A DNA stretch of 64,000 bases from Thecamonas trahens ATCC 50062. Lineage: Eukaryota; Protista; Apusomonadida. The position numbers were made by a program, and so were the translations under genes. The stretch covers positions 248,001 to 312,000 of the forward strand of contig NW_013657658.1 of NCBI RefSeq assembly GCF_000142905.1. The letters run 5' to 3'. Positions 45,857-56,771 of the stretch are shown piece by piece; positions within the stretch are counted from its first letter, which is position 1; every line of letters starts with the position of its first letter. The notes under the pieces are model-generated. The model was not told the origin of the DNA. It did no database searches and worked only from the letters and a program-made list of their open reading frames with translations.

Positions 45857-48800
45857 ATGACGACGACCGCAACCAAGCACTCTACGCTGCTTTGCGTACT
45901 GGGTTTGCTCTTTGTGCTCCTTGTGAAGGAAGGCCATGCGGCTTGCCCGCATGAGGACGGAAGCCTCGTCCGATGGTCGACAGCAGTTTCGGCTTCCGGT
46001 GGCCAGCAGGTGGTGGTTGGTGCCGGACAGCGTCTCCTGTTCGACCTGGCTGCTTCTCCGCTCTACTCGCACGTCTACATTGATGGCGAGGTTGTGTTTG
46101 ACATGGCTATGTCATCTGTTGAGCTCCACTCCTATGGTGTCACTGTACGTCCCCCCCCCCCCCCCTCCTCCCCTCTCTCGGTGTTGCTGTGTCGGGTCGC
46201 ACGCGTGCGGCAAACAACTCCTTTTTTCGGGCCTCCCATTGAAAGGTGTGTTCCGTCACATCATTTTTTTTCGCTGTGGTGTCCCCTCTCCTCCTCGCGC
46301 TGTTTCCTCACTCATACACTCATGCTCCCTCCCCCTCTACCGCCACCAGATCCGAAGCGGCGGCAAGCTGACCGTTGGTTCCGAGTGCTGCCCGTACACG
46401 TCCAAGGCGATGATTGAGCTGCATGGGTCGAGCTCGGCGGCCAACCCGGACGGAGTTGGAGTCAAGGTCCTCGGCGTCCTCTCTGGCGGCGCGCTCAACC
46501 TGCACGGTGAGGTGGCCGGGCCGACTTGGACCCAGATGGCGGCGACGGCCAACGTCGGCGCGACTAGCATCACGCTCAAAGAGTCTGTGGCGTGGGCGGT
46601 CGGCGACGAGATCATCATTGCGTCGTCCGACTACGACTGGGAGCAGACCGAGGAGGTAACCATCACTGCGGTTGCAGGCAACACGGTCACGTTCACGCCT
46701 GCGCTTACCTACATGCACTACGCAGCGATCGAGCACGGGATGGACCTGCGGACCGAGGTGGGACACCTCACCCGCAACATCCTGATCCGCGGCGCGGGTG
46801 ACTCAGATGCGCAGGCCTTTGGTGCGCACGTCATGGCACTTGCGGGCTTTACCGAGGTCAAGATTGAGGGCGTCGAGGTGACCAAGGCCGGACAGGCCGG
46901 CGTGATGGGCCGGTACCCGATTCACTTTCATATGGTGGGCGACGCGGCGGGCCAGGCGTACGTCAAGGACTGCGGTATCCACCACAACTTCCAGCGGTCG
47001 ATCACTATCCACGCCACCCACAACCTGCTTGTCGAGCGCAATGTGCTTTACCACACCAAGGGTCACTCGCTCTTCCTGGAGGATGGCATCGAGACCGGCA
47101 ATCAGCTGCTGCACAACCTGGTGGTGACCGCCATCGAGGCCGCGCCTGGCGAGCTGTTGCTCGACTCGGACGAGGATGCGACGCTCATCTGGATCACCAA
47201 CCCTAACAACGTGATTGTGGGCAACGCGGCGGTGGGAGCCGACCGCCACTGCCTCTGGTTTGCCATGCCCGAGCACCCGCTCGGCCCGTCGTTCGACGCC
47301 AACATCTGGCCGCGGTTTACCCGCCTCGGACAGTTTGACCACAACCGTGCGCACTCGTGCGGATCGCGGGCGCTGATGATCGACGACGGTGCAGCGGTCA
47401 ACACCGGGACCGAGGGCTACAACTGGCGGCCGCGGACGACCGATGACAGCTCGGGCGACCCGGTGGTTGCGGTCATGAACGGCCTTGTTCTCTACCGCGC
47501 CGGCGACCGGTGCATCTGGACTCGCGGCACGCACATGGAGTTCCACGGGAGCTTCTTTGCGGACGCTGCCATTGGCACCACCTTTGCCACCAACGGCGGC
47601 CTCTGCGCTGTCCGCAATTCGATCTACATCGGTGAGACCGGAAACATGGGTACGCCCAAGCAGTACACTCCGGTCTCATCGTTTGACGGCCGGACTCTGC
47701 CCAAGCCGTGGGATGCTGACCATCTCATCTCGGGCTGGGACTACTACGACGGGCCGAATGGTGTCGAAAACGCGCGGTTCTACAACTTTAGGCCCAACTC
47801 GCAGCGCTCGTCGGCAGCCATCTCCATGCTTCGCCAGGACCAATTCTCGCTCACGCCGTCCAACTTTGCCCACGACGTTCAGCTCATGGTGGGCGGCGAT
47901 CGCATGGTCCATCTTGCCGAACACGTCCACGACGGTGACTTTAACCTTGTCTTCCGTGATCTCGACGGCTCGGTTACCGGCCGCCCACCAGTCGGCGACA
48001 ACATCCCTGTTGTCGTCGCCGACAACCCGTTCCTCGTCACCTCGTCGTGCGTCTCCATGCCGGCGTGGGAGGCCCACGTTTGCCCGGACCACTTTAAGTG
48101 GCTCCGGGTCTCAACGACTGGTGTAACCAACTGGCTTGGCCAGACAACCGGACTCACCCTCATCCGCGACGACAAGACCTCTGCGCCGTTCCACCTCTGC
48201 GGCTCGGGCGAGTCGTGCCCGCTCTCCGCTGGCGACAACCCGCGCGGCTTTGGCGCGACCGTCATCACCCGCAAGGCCTATCACGTCCAGTTCAACTCGG
48301 GGCCGCCGACCCGGGTCCACACCACCTTCCAGCACGCCGACCTCTGGTTCGACAAGGCTGCCGGCGAGTACAACTACATCCGCCTCGCCTTCTGCTTCCC
48401 GCCCGGCACCACCATCTCGTCGCTGCAGTACAACTACAAGACGACAACAACTCCAGCATCCTCGCTGGCCGCCATGGACGCCGCTCCGTTCTCGTCGAGC
48501 TGGTCGACCCGCGGCAATGGCATGTGGTTTGTCGACTCGGGCGCTGGCAAGATCTATGTCAAGCTCTACCCGTACGAGGAGCGGACTGCCGAGAACATGC
48601 TGCTCGGCTACCCGGCCGCCGACCTCACCATCGACGTTTCGCTGCCTGGCGGCACCTCGTCGACCTTGACCACCTGCTCGGTCTCGGGCACCTCTGAGAC
48701 GCCCGACTACCGCTCCGTCCCGCCCCCGGCGCCGGTCCCTGCCCCGCCGCCGCTTGTGCCTGCCCCGCCAGCTCCGCCCCGTGGCGCACCGAACGCATAC

Positions 48801-50411
48801 GGCGGATGCTCGGCCCCCACTCCGGCTCCGACTCCAGCCCCGACTCCGGCCCCGACTCCGGCCCCGACTCCGGCCCCGACTCCGGCTCCGACTCCGGCCC
48901 CGACTCCGGCCCCGACTCCGGCCCCGACTCCGGCCCCGACTCCGGCCCCGACTCCGGCTCCGACTCCGGCTCCGACTCCGGCTCCGACCCCGGCTCCGAC
49001 TCCGGCCCCGACTCCGGCCCCGACCCCTGCCCCGACTCCGACTCCGGCCCCGACCCCAGGCCCGACTCCGGCCCCGACCCCAGGCCCGACTCCGGCTCCG
49101 ACCCCGGCTCCGACCCCTGCCCCGACCCCGGCCCCGACCCCAGGCCCGACCCCGGCTCCCACCCCTGCCCCGACCCCGGCTCCGACTCCAGGCCCGACTC
49201 CGGCGCCCACGCCAGGCCCGACTCCGGCGCCCACCCCGGCGCCCACTCCGTCAACGGTGACCTGCGGCTTTGGCCAAGTGCCGAACCCGTCGTCAACCGC
49301 GTGTGTGGCGGCAACGATCGAGAGGATGACGTGGACGGCGGCCGGGCTCAGCCGCGACGGCACGGCGACGCCGTCGACGCCTTTCTTCGCCGTGCTAAGC
49401 GTGCCGACTGGATCGGTGCGGCGCGGGCTGCTCCAGGTCGGCGGGTCGGCTGTGACACTGTCGGCAACGCCTGCATCGACGCGTGCGGTGCTGGAGCTGG
49501 TTGTCGGCTACTCGCCGTCGACGTCGGACCGGCTCGCCGCCAACGGACAGGCCGGTGAGCGGCAGTCGGTTGTCTTGGCCGACGCCGCCTCGCGTTCGAC
49601 GTACTACGTCACTATCCGGTCGAACGAGCCGACGTCGATCACGTTTGCAGCTGAAGCCGGCAACGCCGACAACGTCCAGGTCTCGGGCGCTAGCACGAGC
49701 GGTAGCTCAAGCTCGGGCATGCCTGTGTGGATGTACGGCGCCATCGGCGCGGGCGTCGTCGTTCTCTGCGTCGCCGTGGCGATCGTGGTTGTCGTCCGTC
49801 GGCGCTCGTCGTCATCGGCCTTTGTCTACACGGGCGACTCGTTCACGTCGGCGTACAACACCACCGACACCATGCCGCTGGACACGTTCCCGGCGACTAC
49901 TACAATGGGCCGACTCTCGGAGCCGCCCAAGCCCATGTTCCCACCAGCGTCGGCGGCTGTCGAGCGGGTCCGCGCCAAGTACGCGTTCTCGGGCGCCAAC
50001 CACGACGAACTCGACTTTAGCAAGGGCGAAACCATCCTTGTCCACGTCATCCACGACGACGGTTGGGCGCTGGGCCAGATCGAAGGCTCGTCGCGCCGCG
50101 GCGTTTTCCCCTACAACTATGTCGAGCCGGCGCCAGCCGCCGCCGTTGTCGCCAAGCCGCCCCTCCGCCCGCTCCCGCTCTCCCGCGCGAGCCCGAGCCC
50201 GGGCTCCCGCCCGGGTCAGGTCTTTGCCGGTGATACGGTTGCCCCAGGCCCGTTCCGCTCGGCCGCCAAGTCGCAGACCGCGCCCAAGCCCCTGCCCAAG
50301 CCCTTGCCCAAGCCGCTGACCGCGCCCAAGCCGGCACCCAAGCCCCTGCCCAAGCCGGCACCCAAGCCCAAGCCTATGCTTGCGCCCAAGCCAGGCCAGC
50401 ACCACTGGTAA
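45857..50411 (+). CDS. G8-domain/parallel beta-helix (CEMIP/TMEM2/fibrocystin-L-like) type I membrane protein with PAPT stalk, TM, SH3 domain and Pro/Lys tail; exons 45857-46144 and 46350-50411
   Basis: Signal peptide; [61 protein letters not shown]; SH3 [34 protein letters not shown]. Confidence 0.88.
48812..49250 (+). repeat. 12-bp coding minisatellite (CCGACTCCGGCY) encoding a (PTPA/PTPG)n mucin-like stalk
   Basis: Seen directly, roughly 35 units. Confidence 0.95.
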
Positions 50412-50574
50412 GCAGCCACGGATAAACCGTTTTCCCATACCGAATCTGCTGCCTTGTCAGCCTTGGTCGGCCATGGTGGTGCCCGCGACGCGACGGTCTG
50501 CCAAGTGGCGCGCCGAGTGGTGAGTGGAGCGGCCTCGGCGCCAGCTCCGGACACGCCTCTCTCTCTCCCTGAGG

Positions 50575-50896
50575 ATGCGCATCGTCACCTGCGCCGACAC
50601 GGTGGCCGTATGGGAGCTTGACGCCCCACTCACGCCTGAAGTGGAGATGAAGCCACACAAGACAAGCACAACCCACTGCGCACGGTGGAACCACAACAGT
50701 ACGTGGACCTCTCCCATCCCCCCACCCCCCCTCTCCCACCCGCCTGCCCCCCCCCCCTGCCCAGGCCGTCCACCCTTGATCGTCAGCGGCCTCCGTTTTG
50801 GCGCGATCAGCGGCAGCCGTTCCACGACCTTTTTCGGCGAGGTCGAGGTGGGAGCAAGGGACAAGGACAGGAGGTATGGGAGCGAGAGGGAAGAGG

Positions 50897-50937
<41 letters not shown>

Positions 50938-52579
50938 CCAATTCATTGCGTCAATTCATTGCGTCTGGTGGTGGAGATGGCACCATTGCGCTATCGCATG
51001 CCTCTGGGGCTCTGCTCGGCACGCTGGTGTCCGCGCGGTCCTCGCTCTTGCCTTCTCGGCCGGCTCGCGGTATGTGGTGGCTGGTGGCATGGCACGGTCG
51101 GTCCAGGTGTGGGACCTGAAGACCAGAAGCATGGTCAAGAGCTTTGACGATGGCCATGCCCAGCAAGTCACCCGTATTGTGTTCACCCCGTCAGACAAGG
51201 CTGTGGTGTCGGGCGATGCTGCCGGTGTCCTCCTTGTCCACTCGCTCGTTCACTCGCGCGAGATGGCCCGCCTCGAGCCGCCGAGCCCGGCTGCTATCAC
51301 TGACATAGGCTTCTCGCCGTTCAAAAAGTCACTGCTGGCGGCGACGCATGACGATGGCTCGTTCCGACTGTGGAACGTGAGCTCGGGCGCGGAGCATGCC
51401 GTCTTTCCGGCGGCGCACGATGGACCGGCATCGGGCCTTGCCTTCTCACCGGTCAACCACCTGCTCTGCACCACAGTGGGACATGATAAGCGCATTGTGT
51501 TCTACGATGTGTTTGAGAAGAAGATCGTCAAGGTCATCCACGCCCCGGTCCCGCTCTCGTGCATCGCCTTTCTCGACGACGGCTTTACCCTCGTCGTCGG
51601 GACGACTGCCGGCTCTGTCCTCGTCTACAACCTCAAGGCCCGCTCGTCGGCACCGGCCACCACACTCCAAGCCCATCCTGGGAGCTCTGTTGCTGCCATT
51701 GACGTCGAGAACACGGTGTCGGGCAAGCGGAGCAGCGCGCGGCCCGGGGCTAGCGCCGGCGCCAGCGCGGCTCTGACTGCCGGCGGTGCCTCTGCCGGCC
51801 CTGCCACCGCGCCGGTTGCGTCCTCTGCGCCGCCGCCGGCTGCCCGTCGCGAGAGGGCGTCGCCGGCGCGGACGTCGGCGTACTCGGCGTATGCCAACAT
51901 GGACATGTTCTCGCCGCTCAAGGGCTCGGCGGCGCCGCGCGGAGCACGGACCTCACACTCGCCGCCGCAGCACGCTGGCTTGCCGCCGAGCCGGGCCGCT
52001 GTCGAACCACGGTCTCCACCTCACTCGCCGCCGCGCTCTCCGTCTGCTCCTGGCTCCCGTGGCATGCCGAGCACCTACACCGCGGCCGCATCCAAGATCC
52101 AGAACGCGCTGCAGTCGTACGCGTCGCCGGCCCGTGCACCTGAGGACGTCCCGGCGTCAGAGGCGTACGGCTACACCTCGCCAAGCTCGAGCCTGGTCTC
52201 ACCGTCTCGGCCGCGGAGCGGGTCGGCTGCCCGGACCCCCGTCAGCAGCGTCGACACAGCGACCCCATCACTACCTGCAGCGCCTTTAGCGTCGGCGCCG
52301 GCGCCGGCATCGGCGCCGGCATCAGGCTTTGAAACCGAGTTTGTGCGCAACATGCTCGAAGAGTCGCTGTCTGCCTTCCGCGACTCGATCCACCGCGACA
52401 TTCAGAACCTCCACGTCGACATGCTGCGGCAGTTTCAGGTCCAGCAGGCCGAGATTGTGGCGCTGCTGGAAAAATACTCGTCGCGCGGCGCTGCAGCTGC
52501 CGCCGAGCCTGTGGCTTCCACAGCACCGCCGCCATCATCGGCTGTAGCCTCGTTTTTCCGCACCGTCTCTCAGCAGTGA
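50575..52579 (+). CDS. NEDD1: NEDD1/GCP-WD gamma-tubulin ring complex targeting protein; exons 50575-50698 and 50937-52579
   Basis: ARWNHNNQFIAS, FSPFKKSLLA, FSPVNHLLCTTVGHDKRIVFYD, and C-terminal FRDSIHRDIQNLHVDMLRQFQVQQ. Confidence 0.9.
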
Positions 52580-52736
52580 AGCATGTGGTTATCGTCCCCG
52601 TCGTTCCTCGCTGACGCTACAGCCACAGCACGAGCGCCGGTTGCGACACATGCCGCTGCGAGCGGCCGCACACCAAAAGGACAGCATCATTGACTCGTGA
52701 ATGCCAACTGGCCACTGTACGCCCCACAACACAGCC

Positions 52737-53018
52737 ATGTCCGCGCCGCCACCGTCCAAAGCCGAGTTTGCCGCAGAAAAGGCGCAGCTGATGATGCAGG
52801 TATGGGTTAAGAAGCTGACCGGAGCCGAGGTGGCGGTCCAGGTGGCCAAAATCGCCACCGTGGCTGAGCTCAGGCAAGCCGTGGCCGATGCTGGCGGACC
52901 CGTGGCCGACGTCCAGCGGATCATCTACGAGGGCCAACAGCTCGGCAATGATCAGTCGCTGGCAAATGCTGGCGTGGGCAATGAGGCGACGGTCCATGTG
53001 GTGCAGATGCTGCGCTGA
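52737..53018 (+). CDS. Small ubiquitin-like protein lacking a C-terminal Gly-Gly
   Basis: MQVWVKKLTG..TVAELRQAV..QRIIYEGQQL..SLANAGV..ATVHVVQMLR*. Confidence 0.8.
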   Translation: MSAPPPSKAEFAAEKAQLMMQVWVKKLTGAEVAVQVAKIATVAELRQAVADAGGPVADVQRIIYEGQQLGNDQSLANAGVGNEATVHVVQMLR

Positions 53019-53130
53019 GCTGATGCAGGAGTGACCAGCCCGTCGCCGACGACCAGCAGTTCGGCAGCACGACCAAGGCGTGCATACAGTTGACAGGGGT
53101 GTTTGTTGAGAGGATAAAAAAAGCCTCATC

Positions 53131-55591
53131 TCATGCAGCAGTCTGCTTGGAGGAGGCCTTAGAGGCGATCTTGGAGAGGATCTGGCGGCAGTACGTCAGC
53201 CTGTTCACCAGGTCCGGCGACTGCTCGACCATGACAGCCTGAAGGGTGTGGGTCGAGGTGTTGCGCTGCTTGTCGACGTAAGTCACGATCTGGGCCTCGG
53301 ACGAGAGGATGATCTTGGTGTGGTCAAAGAAGTTGACCTGGACGGTCTTGTCGGAGAGGCGGAAGATGATGGCGTGCTTGGTGCGGAGCCACTTTTTGAC
53401 ATAGACCATGCCGGCGGTGGGCGCGTCCTTGGCATCGGGCACGTTCATGGCCGAGATGCCCGGCGATGAGGCGCGGGTGGAGGAAGAGGACTCGCCGTCC
53501 TTGTCTGCGCGCTCGAGGTGCTCCATCAGGTAGTTCTTAAAGTACGTGAGGAGCGTCATCTTCTTGTTGAGCGACTCAGGATACTCTTCCATGGTCACAG
53601 ACTGGGCGAGGTCGCGCGAGCCGGCCGACGACCGCAGCCGCTCGACGTAGTCGACGTTGGTCCCGTTCGATGAGAGCACAATCTTGGTCGAGTCGTTAAA
53701 GTACACGCCGATGGTGCCGTCGGAGAGTTGGTAGCCGAGCCCGTACTTGTTCGAGTAGTCAACCCACTTGATGACCCACTTTGCCGGCTCGGACGGAATG
53801 GCACCGTCGGGTGCCGCTGCCGCCGCCGCCGCCTTGCCCGAGTTCATCAGGGCAAACGACTTGGTGAGCTTGTCGTGCATGGCGCGGAGCGCGGCCGAGT
53901 CGTCATCGTCGGCCTTGGTGGTGCCTGCGCTGCCAGACGATGGGCGCGCGTCGGCGGCATCAGTGGCGCTCGCCTTGGCCTTGGCCTTGGCCTTGGCCTT
54001 GGCCGCGTATCCACCCGAGCCCACGCCATACTTGGCCTTGAGCGCCTCAGTGTAGTTGGACGAGGCGGCAGCAGAGCGGGCGGAGGCGCGCTCGCCGAGC
54101 GGCGCGCGCGACGCGTACTTGGCGGCAATGGCCGCTGCCGACGACGAACCGCCGTCGGCGGCGTACTTGTTGGCCAGCGACAAGGTCGACGGCGCAGCGC
54201 CATCGGCGCTCGACCCAAACAGCTCCGAATGGAGCGGGGCGCGCTTGAGCGCCGTCGGCGGGAGTGAGGCTGGGATCGGATTGTCGGAGAAGAACCGATG
54301 GGCCTTGATCTCGGCAATGGTGGGGCGGGCCGACGGCCGCGCCTGCAGCATGGAGCGAATGAGCGACCGGGCCGCCTCTGAGATGGGCTTGTCCGGCGGG
54401 AACGAGTACGTGTTGGTCTTGATGAGGTTGTACGTCGTCTTGAGCTTGGACGTCTCGAAAGGCGGCTTGCCGATAATCATGGTGTAGAGAATGACGCCAA
54501 TCGACCAGATGTCGACCTCAAACGAGTGCCCGTTGTTGCGCGAGTCCAGAATCTCCGGTGCAATGTAGTTGGGCGTTCCGCAGATGGTCTTCTTGCGCTC
54601 GCCCTTGTGCTCGACCGAGGTGGCGAGGCCAAAGTCTCCGACCTTGACCTGGAGCTTGTCGTCGATGAACAGATTGCCGAGCTTGAGGTCGCGGTGGATG
54701 ATGTTGCGTGCATGCATGTACTCGGTAGCCTCGAGCAGCTGCCACATGTAGTACGCCACCTCGGGCTCGGTCAGCTGCCGCCGCGCCTTGAGCAGCTCCA
54801 TGAAAGAGCCGTTGGTGCAGATCTCGAGCAGGATATACACAAACTTGGAGTCCTCCATAAACTGAACAAAGCTCACAATGTTCTCGTGGTCCAGCGACCG
54901 GTGGAGCTTGATCTCAGACTTGAGCTTGGCACGCGCCCGTGCGCCGGTAATGGATGACTTGGCCACCACCTTGCCGGCGTACACCTTGCCTGTTGCCATG
55001 TCCTGAAACTTGTACACGCGCGCAAAGCCGCCCTACTCTCCCGCGCAGCCATCCAACCACACGTTGCAGTAGCTGTCGTCAGTTCTTTGTCTGCAAGCGC
55101 TCCTCTGCTCCCTCTGCCCCCTGCTTGCACCCGCACCAGCGCCTCCTTCCCGCCTTGCATCCCTATCTACCGCCTCGCTGCGATTTTGTTAAATTTTCAA
55201 AAATGCCGGCCGAAAGGCCATAAATTCAAAATTTTCGCCGCCGCGCGCAACGGCGGCTCACGACGTGGCGAGGCGCACAGGGGACAGGTATGGGGGCTAG
55301 CAAAGAGCTATGAGAGCTAGAACAAGCCCAATGGGTAGAGCATGCAGTGGAGAACGCAGATAAGTGGATGAAGATGGGAAAGAAGCTTACCTTGCCAAGA
55401 AGGGCGCCAGTCTTGTACTTGGCGCCCGTGGTGGCGTTTCGGACAATGTCCGGAGGCGGCTCCGAGGGCACCTTTGAGCGGGACTTGCGGGCCTTGGTAC
55501 GGGCAGCAGGGCGAGCAGCTGTAGCCGCTGCAGTGCGACGAGAGAGAGGGTTGTACACGCCCGCGGTTTGCGTGCGGATAGGGTACGACAT
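53131..55591 (-). CDS. PLK1: Polo-like kinase; exons 55591-55391 and 55032-53131
   Basis: LLGK|GGFARVY, HRDLKLGN, GDFGLA, GERKKTICGTPNYIAPE; polo boxes WVIKWVDYSNKYGLGYQL and QVNFFDHTKIIL. Intron GTAAGC..TAG. Confidence 0.96.
55190..55253 (-). promoter_or_regulatory. Candidate E2F/CDE + CHR module (two TTTGAA) with an adjacent Myb-type CAACGG, inside the PLK1 intron
   Basis: GGCGAAAATTTTGAATTT at 55239-55222; second TTTGAA at 55201-55196; CAACGG at 55248-55253 on the + strand. Confidence 0.6.
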
Positions 55592-56066
55592 GGTCGACAA
55601 CGGGGGCGAGACAAGTTGTCCTCTCCTCTCGCCTCCCCCTCACTGCCGCCCTCCCCACTGACTCGCTCCGTCCGTCGCTCTGGGCCAACGGCGCCCATCC
55701 GAACCGACTCGTTTCCATCGGCCTGTCACGGCGGACCCGAGCGGAGCTTCCCCCCCTCCCACCCCCTCCCACCCCCTCCCCCCAAGACCAACATGACCAT
55801 TGTCCATCAGTACAGCCAGGGATTTTGTCTGGGTAGATCAAAATGTCCAGTGCCCATGATCTTGAGCTCATCGGCTTGGTAGCTGCAATCAGTGTGTGTG
55901 TGTGTGTGGAGAGTGTGTGTGATGGGGCTGGCCGTGCTCGCTCGACTCGACTCTGTTGGGTGGTCGGCAAACGGTGGTGGGTATGCGCAGGTCGTTGTGC
56001 AGGGCGAGGTGCGAGGTGGGGTAAACATAGACACACTTGTCTTGTGGAGCAAGGGGGGAAACAAAG

Positions 56067-56771
56067 ATGTTGCGGTCAATGATGACGGCGATAGCGGCGG
56101 GAGCGAGCACGGGGAGTGGAGCGAGTAGCAGGTGGCTGGCTGGGCGGGGAAGAGCCGTTGGCCGGCGGACGGCGACGATGGTGCCATCGGTGGAGGAGAA
56201 GGATGGGAGAGTGTACGACATCTATTCTCGGCTGCTGAAGGAGCGGATTGTGATGGTGACGGGGCCAATCGAGGATACCATGGCTTCGACAGTTGTGGCA
56301 TCGCTGCTGTTTCTCGAGGCCGAGTCGACGACCGCGCCCATCTCGCTGTACATCAACTCGCCCGGCGGAGTCATCTCCTCCGGCTTGTCCATCCTCGATA
56401 CCATGGCCTACATCCAAGCTCCGGTCCACACTGTGTGCATGGGCCAAGCTGCGTCAATGGCATCGCTTCTGCTGGCAGGTGGAGAGTCTGGATCGCGGGC
56501 GGTCCTTCCCAACGCGCGGGTCATGATCCACCAGCCGCACGTGGCCGGCATCGGCGGGCAAGCGACCGACATTGCCATCCAGGCCCGCAACATTGTTGAC
56601 ATCCGCGCGCAGCTTGTCGACCTCTATGCAGAGTTTACTGGCCAGACGCCCGAGGTCCTTGCCTCGGAAATGGAGCGCGATCGCTACTTTACAGCTGTCG
56701 AGGCTGCAGCCTTTGGTCTGGCCGACACGGTCATTGCCCGCCGGAGCCCTGGGCCGCCAAAGTCGTCGTAG
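56067..56771 (+). CDS. CLPP: Mitochondrial ATP-dependent Clp protease proteolytic subunit
   Basis: Arg-rich presequence; YDIYSRLLKERI, YINSPGG, GQAASMASLLL, RVMIHQP, MERDRY. Confidence 0.95.
   Translation: MLRSMMTAIAAGASTGSGASSRWLAGRGRAVGRRTATMVPSVEEKDGRVYDIYSRLLKERIVMVTGPIEDTMASTVVASLLFLEAESTTAPISLYINSPGGVISSGLSILDTMAYIQAPVHTVCMGQAASMASLLLAGGESGSRAVLPNARVMIHQPHVAGIGGQATDIAIQARNIVDIRAQLVDLYAEFTGQTPEVLASEMERDRYFTAVEAAAFGLADTVIARRSPGPPKSS

Noticed and set aside
48812-49250. Regular short repeats as a possible CRISPR array (also 28382-28890)
   Set aside because: Head-to-tail coding minisatellites with no unique spacers, no cas genes, and a eukaryotic context.
55598-55975. Several AACGG (MSA-like) cores upstream of PLK1
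   Set aside because: A short motif frequent by chance in this GC-rich sequence; not claimed independently.
56067-56771. ClpP as bacterial contamination or recent horizontal transfer
   Set aside because: It has a mitochondrial-type presequence and host-like codon usage, and sits among spliced genes.
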